From an uncultured Mageeibacillus sp. (GTDB taxonomy: Bacteria; Bacillota; Clostridia; Saccharofermentanales; DTU023), in contig CAZAKT010000001.1 of NCBI GenBank assembly GCA_964486135.1, positions 18,631 through 82,630 on the forward strand: a DNA stretch of 64,000 bases, in the 5' to 3' direction. Each line of letters begins with the position of its first letter. The stretch's first letter is position 1. A program made the position numbers and the translations under genes. This document shows, one piece after another, positions 60,211 through 64,000 of this stretch. The notes beneath the pieces were generated by a model, which was not told the DNA's origin, did no database searches, and saw only the letters and a program-made list of their open reading frames with translations.

Positions 60211-60239
60211 AGTATAGAAAACCGGGGGCTTAATTTCAA
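60211..60239 (-). promoter_or_regulatory. Candidate promoter of the ABC exporter operon (TTGAAA-17 nt-TATACT)
   Basis: On the minus strand, TTGAAA is at 60239-60234 and TATACT at 60216-60211, with a 17-nt spacer. Confidence 0.45.
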
Positions 60240-60294
60240 TGACGCGGGTCCGGAACTTCCTTTCAAATCCTGCCGGAACCGGGGGTCCCTTAAG

Positions 60295-60323
60295 TTGACA
60301 AGGGCATCATCCTTTGCCATAAT
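60295..60323 (+). promoter_or_regulatory. Promoter of tRNA-Leu (TTGACA-17 nt-CATAAT)
   Basis: TTGACA is at 60295-60300 and CATAAT at 60318-60323. It lies about 29 nt upstream of the mature tRNA 5' end. Confidence 0.55.
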
Positions 60324-60351
60324 GGCTTGGCTGGCCGGGCGCCAGCTCCGG

Positions 60352-60434
60352 GCGGCCATGGCGGAATTGGCATACGCGCACGTTTGAGGGGCGTGTGGGA
60401 GACCGTACGAGTTCGAGTCTCGTTGGCCGCACCA
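60352..60434 (+). tRNA. tRNA-Leu (anticodon GAG), class II, CCA encoded
   Basis: It reads GCGGCCA-TG-GCG..CGC-G-CACGT-TTGAGGG-GCGTG-variable arm-ACGAG-TTCGAGT-CTCGT-TGGCCGC-A-CCA. I folded it by hand. Confidence 0.88.
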
Positions 60435-60515
60435 TTTGAGAACCATCTGTCGATCCGTGAACCGGACCGGCGGGTGGTTTTTTAGTACAATGTTTCAGGG
60501 GGTATAGGCGCTTTG

Positions 60516-61841
60516 ATGGACAGATTTTCATGGTACAGGTCACAGGGCATAAGCCGTGAGGTTTATGCGCTTTCGGAGCAGGCTCTCCTGCGGGTGCGCG
60601 AAGCTTTCGAAAGGGTGGACCTGATCAGGGAAAAAAGGCAGCTTGAGGTCCTGGCCGCCTTTCTGGATTCAAGGGTATCGGAGAGCGCCTTCCAGGCAAA
60701 GACAGGCTATGGCTATGATGATCCGGGCCGAGAGCAGACGGAAACCGTCTTTGCCCGGGCCTTCGGTGCCGAAGATGCCCTAGTCCGGCTCCAGTTCAGT
60801 TCGGGGACCCAGGTGCTCGCCACCTGCCTTCGCGCCCTGCTTAACCCGGGTGACGATCTGCTTATCGTGACGGGCAGGCCCTATGATTCGCTCCTACCGA
60901 CCCTGGGGCAACTGGAGCGGGCCGGCAGCGGCCCACCCGACCCGGCCCAGGACCCAGAAGCCCGTCAGAGTCTTGCTGCCCGGGGCGTCTCCATCCGCTG
61001 GCTGGACCTCAAGGACGACGGAAGCCCGGATCTTGCGGCAATCCGATCTCAGGTCAGCCCGTCGACGCGCTTGGTCTACATCCAGAAATCCAGGGGCTAT
61101 TCTGAAAGAAGGGCCCTGCTGATCCGGGATATCCGGGCGATCGCGGAGGCGGTCAAGTCAGTCAATCCCGAGACCATCGTCTTTGTCGATCACTGTTATT
61201 CCGAGTTTGTTGAAATGACGGAAGCCCCCCAGGCGGGGGCCGACCTGATCGCCGGTTCCCTGATCAAGAATCCTGGTTCAGGAATCGCGCCGGCCGGCGG
61301 TTACATTGCCGGCCGGGCCGACTTGATCGAGGAAATCAGTCAGGGAATGACTGCTGTCGGTGTCGGACGGCATGTGGGGCCCTCCTTTGGCATGACCCGC
61401 TTGCTTCTCCAGGGCCTGTATTTTGCGCCAACGGTGGTGGCCTCTGCTATGAAGGGGGCCATACACCTGGCTGCCCTTTTCGAAGAGGCTGGATTCCAGG
61501 TCCTGCCTGGCCCGGAGGATGAGCGTGGCGATATTGTCCAGGCCATCCGTCTGGGAACGGCAAGGAAGCTTGAGGCCTTTTGCCAGGCCATCCAGTCGTC
61601 GTCACCGGTGGATTCCTTTGTCACACCCATAGCCGCGCCCATGCCAGGTTACGCCTGTGATGTCATCATGGCTTCAGGTTCATTTATCCAGGGATCAACC
61701 ATTGAACTTTCCGCTGACGGGCCCATGCGGGCCCCCTTCCTGGTTTTTGCCCAGGGGGGGCTTACTTTTGAGAATGCCAGGCTCGGGGCCATGAAGGCAC
61801 TCGAGTTTGTCCGGGGGAGGGACGCGGAGGTAAGGACTTGA
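60516..61841 (+). CDS. PLP-dependent 'aluminium resistance'/methionine gamma-lyase-family protein (YnbB-like)
   Basis: The N-terminal 'FQAKTGYGYDDPGRE..E.VFA..FGAEDALVR.QF.SGT' pattern and the size (about 441 aa) are typical of the YnbB family as I remember it. Confidence 0.72.
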   Translation: MDRFSWYRSQGISREVYALSEQALLRVREAFERVDLIREKRQLEVLAAFLDSRVSESAFQAKTGYGYDDPGREQTETVFARAFGAEDALVRLQFSSGTQVLATCLRALLNPGDDLLIVTGRPYDSLLPTLGQLERAGSGPPDPAQDPEARQSLAARGVSIRWLDLKDDGSPDLAAIRSQVSPSTRLVYIQKSRGYSERRALLIRDIRAIAEAVKSVNPETIVFVDHCYSEFVEMTEAPQAGADLIAGSLIKNPGSGIAPAGGYIAGRADLIEEISQGMTAVGVGRHVGPSFGMTRLLLQGLYFAPTVVASAMKGAIHLAALFEEAGFQVLPGPEDERGDIVQAIRLGTARKLEAFCQAIQSSSPVDSFVTPIAAPMPGYACDVIMASGSFIQGSTIELSADGPMRAPFLVFAQGGLTFENARLGAMKALEFVRGRDAEVRT

Positions 61842-63190
61842 TGGGGGGAGGACAGGAGAAGAGGCCAGGGCCCTTAGCCGGGACCGATGAACTGGGCGCG
61901 AAGCGGATTCAATACCTGCGCAGGACCAGGATCCGCCTGATCCTTGTTACGGTGCTGGTCCTGTCAGCTGCGGTTTTCACGGTTTGGTCCATCTTTTTTA
62001 TCCTGACAAGCGAGCGGGAGGCCATGCGCCTGTCCTTCCTTTCCCAGGGGTCCATAGATATCGTCTCCCCCTGTTCCCTGGTATTCCTGGATGACTCTGT
62101 CCCAGTGACCGCGCCTGGCGGCGGGCTCCTGGTACCACTTGTCAACGAGGGGGAACGGGTGGGTAGAGGCGGAAAGATCGCCCTCATTGTGGCCAATGAT
62201 CTGGAGGCTGAGGCCATTCGCTACCGGGAAGCCAGGGCCGAGTATCAGGCCAGGCTCTTGCTGACAAGTGGCTTCGGGGATGCCACCCGCTACCCCCAAG
62301 CACTTTCACCCGCCGACGGCCAGCTCCGGGAAGCGATCGCCGGGGTGGCCCGTTCGGAGGCCTGGGCCTGGGACTCCGGGCAAAGCCAGGCAATACGAGA
62401 ATTCAGAGGCTTTTTCTTGCGGGCCCGCGCAGAGGCCGCCCTCATAGCCGGGAGGGACCCGGAGCTTGATCAGCTTCAGGCCGAGTGCTCCCGCCTGATC
62501 AACTTACTGGAAGGGGACGGGCGCACACTCGTGCTACAATCACCGCAGGCGGGGGAGCTTGCCTTTTCAATCCTCAATTCCTCTGAGGCAATCGAAGCAG
62601 TTGAAGGTGATCCGGAAAGAGTCGTAGACCTCTTGATCTCCGCGAAGTATGAAAGCCGGGACCTAAGCTACCAAAGGGTCGAGCCCGGTGCCAAAGTGGC
62701 ATCCGTCAGCAGATTCAGCGGCAGGAGTCTGGCGGCCTGGCTGGCAGAGCCAGTGGAAGGGGACTATGAGATCAGGAAGGGTGCCTCCCTGACGGTGAGT
62801 CCGGAAGCGGGAGGGGCTGTCCTTGGTGATTGCGAGGTGACAAGCGTGGAGAAGGTATACGATGGTATTCTCCTCCACATGTCCTGTGAAGACTGGGCCG
62901 GCTATAGGCCGGAGCGCCTGGCGGTCAAGGACGCTTCCCTTGTGAGGAGCCGTGTTGAGGGGATGCGCCTGCCCTTGTCCAGCCTCATCGACCTTGATCT
63001 CGAAAGGGGAAGCGCCCGCCTACGGACGGTCAAGGGAGGCATTACAAAAACAAGTGCGGTCGAGCTCAAGGCCACAGATGACCTCTACGCCATAATTGAG
63101 ACGGTTGAACCTGGGGCAAGCCCACTGGCCGCGACAGATCTCTACGTCGTCAACCCCTGGACGACAGAAGACGGCGTTCTGATTGATTGA
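61841..63190 (+). CDS. Membrane-anchored protein resembling an HlyD-type membrane-fusion (periplasmic adaptor) protein
   Basis: It has an N-terminal TM segment (LILVTVLVLSAAVFTVWSIFFIL). Split lipoyl-like half-motifs are 'VTAPGGGLLVPLVNEGERVGRGGKIALI' and 'LQSPQAGELAF'. These are separated by a helical region. The C-terminal part looks beta-rich. Confidence 0.45.
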   Translation: MGGGQEKRPGPLAGTDELGAKRIQYLRRTRIRLILVTVLVLSAAVFTVWSIFFILTSEREAMRLSFLSQGSIDIVSPCSLVFLDDSVPVTAPGGGLLVPLVNEGERVGRGGKIALIVANDLEAEAIRYREARAEYQARLLLTSGFGDATRYPQALSPADGQLREAIAGVARSEAWAWDSGQSQAIREFRGFFLRARAEAALIAGRDPELDQLQAECSRLINLLEGDGRTLVLQSPQAGELAFSILNSSEAIEAVEGDPERVVDLLISAKYESRDLSYQRVEPGAKVASVSRFSGRSLAAWLAEPVEGDYEIRKGASLTVSPEAGGAVLGDCEVTSVEKVYDGILLHMSCEDWAGYRPERLAVKDASLVRSRVEGMRLPLSSLIDLDLERGSARLRTVKGGITKTSAVELKATDDLYAIIETVEPGASPLAATDLYVVNPWTTEDGVLID

Positions 63191-63217
63191 AAGGAGGCAG
63201 GGCCCTGGGCCCTTCCT

Positions 63218-63931
63218 ATGAAGACAGATAGAATAAATACCCTTGGCCGGAGGCTGAGAGAGCTTGAAGAGAGGATAGAGGGCTTGGCCCTTGCTGCGGG
63301 CCGTGACCCGAACACAATTAAACTCCTTGCCGTAAGCAAGAATTTTCCGGCAGAAGACCTGGCGGCCGCCTACTCTTTCGGCCAGCGCGCCTTCGGGGAG
63401 AACAGAGCCCAGGAGCTGGTGAAAAAAAGTGAAGAAGTTGCAAGCCTGGGCCTGGATTGTGAATGGCATATGATCGGCAGCCTCCAGACCAATAAAGTGA
63501 AGCAGGTTCTGGGAGTCGTGAGCCTCATCCATTCGGTGGACAGGATCAGACTGATGGAAGTGATCCAACGCCAGGCCTTGGCCCGGGGGATGGTCCAGCC
63601 CGTCCTCCTCCAGGTCAATATAGCGGAGGAAGCGACAAAGCAGGGATTTCGCGTGGAAGAGCTGGAGGCTGTCCTGAAGGCCAGGGAGGCCTACCCCAAC
63701 CTGGCGATCCGGGGTTTGATGACAATGGCGCCCTTCTATGACGACCCTGAAGACGCCCGACCCGTCTTCCGCCAGCTCCGTGAATTGCGCGACAGCCTGC
63801 TGGAAAAACTTGATCTTCCGGACTTCACCGAGCTTTCCATGGGCATGACCCAGGACTATGCCCAGGCAATCGGGGAGGGGGCGACCTTACTGAGGATTGG
63901 CAGTGCCATCTTTGGATCCCGACAGACCTGA
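63218..63931 (+). CDS. yggS: PLP homeostasis protein YggS/YlmE family
   Basis: It has 'LLAVSKNFP' (the PLP lysine), 'GENRAQE', 'WHMIGSLQTNKVK', 'ELSMGMT.D' and 'LRIGSAIFG'. Confidence 0.9.
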   Translation: MKTDRINTLGRRLRELEERIEGLALAAGRDPNTIKLLAVSKNFPAEDLAAAYSFGQRAFGENRAQELVKKSEEVASLGLDCEWHMIGSLQTNKVKQVLGVVSLIHSVDRIRLMEVIQRQALARGMVQPVLLQVNIAEEATKQGFRVEELEAVLKAREAYPNLAIRGLMTMAPFYDDPEDARPVFRQLRELRDSLLEKLDLPDFTELSMGMTQDYAQAIGEGATLLRIGSAIFGSRQT

Positions 63932-64000
63932 TCCTGTATAAAATCACAAAATGATGACAGATTGATGACGGTTTGCCCCTTTTCTTGCAAGCAGGGCAGG

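Noticed and set aside
60435-60512. A possible terminator after tRNA-Leu (a GC-rich stretch followed by TTTTTT at about 60474-60480).
   Set aside because: I could not draw a convincing stem of 6 bp or more directly abutting the T-run, so the call was left out.
1-64000. A scan for CRISPR repeats, IS elements or transposases, integrases, phage structural genes and rRNA.
   Set aside because: No regularly spaced direct repeats were seen. No DDE or tyrosine/serine recombinase-like ORFs appear in the six-frame track. No rRNA-like segments were recognised. The only mobile-element hint is the short scar at 29270-29613.

Overview
This is a GC-rich, gene-dense chromosomal core segment that looks like Bacillota (Clostridia-like), judged from gene content and order. 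I saw no rRNA, CRISPR array, transposase, integrase or prophage genes.

Layout, left to right:
- A reduced division/cell-wall block: ftsW, murG, ftsQ, a small DUF1290-like membrane protein, and ftsZ. There is no ftsA.
- nrdR, then an OmpR-type two-component pair.
- A tightly packed plus-strand gene chain of about 9 kb: HtrA-like protease, nth, recG, rsmD, coaD, a coiled-coil protein, and ddl. It ends in two translationally coupled genes of unknown function (15341-17814).
- An envelope-polymer cluster (17849-24035) with unusual domain fusions: an LtaS/sulfatase-family membrane enzyme, a YidC/Oxa1 insertase fused to a TagF-like glycerophosphotransferase, and a divergent wHTH + LicC-like + choline-kinase-like protein.
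- A minus-strand Trp T-box leader driving trpB and a TrpA homolog in which most catalytic and phosphate-binding positions appear substituted, followed by a COG2984-type ABC importer with its own promoter.
- tRNA-Ser(CGA), with a short AT-rich scar that holds toxin-antitoxin-like gene remnants.
- Housekeeping genes: an SRAP peptidase, a MATE pump, pyrG, guaB, greA, lysS, a family-4 UDG, uvrB, a phosphoglucomutase, dnaE, pgsA and mutS2.
- A glycogen operon, glgB-glgC-glgD-glgA plus a GH13 enzyme.
- A PPi-type phosphofructokinase, an ABC exporter pair, tRNA-Leu(GAG), a ynbB-like PLP enzyme, an orphan membrane-fusion-like protein and yggS.

The best candidates for new biology are the unknown gene pair at 15341-17814, the YidC-TagF fusion cluster, and the T-box / trpB / degenerate-trpA module. 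All functional calls come from reading the supplied translations and the DNA by eye. No database search was run.
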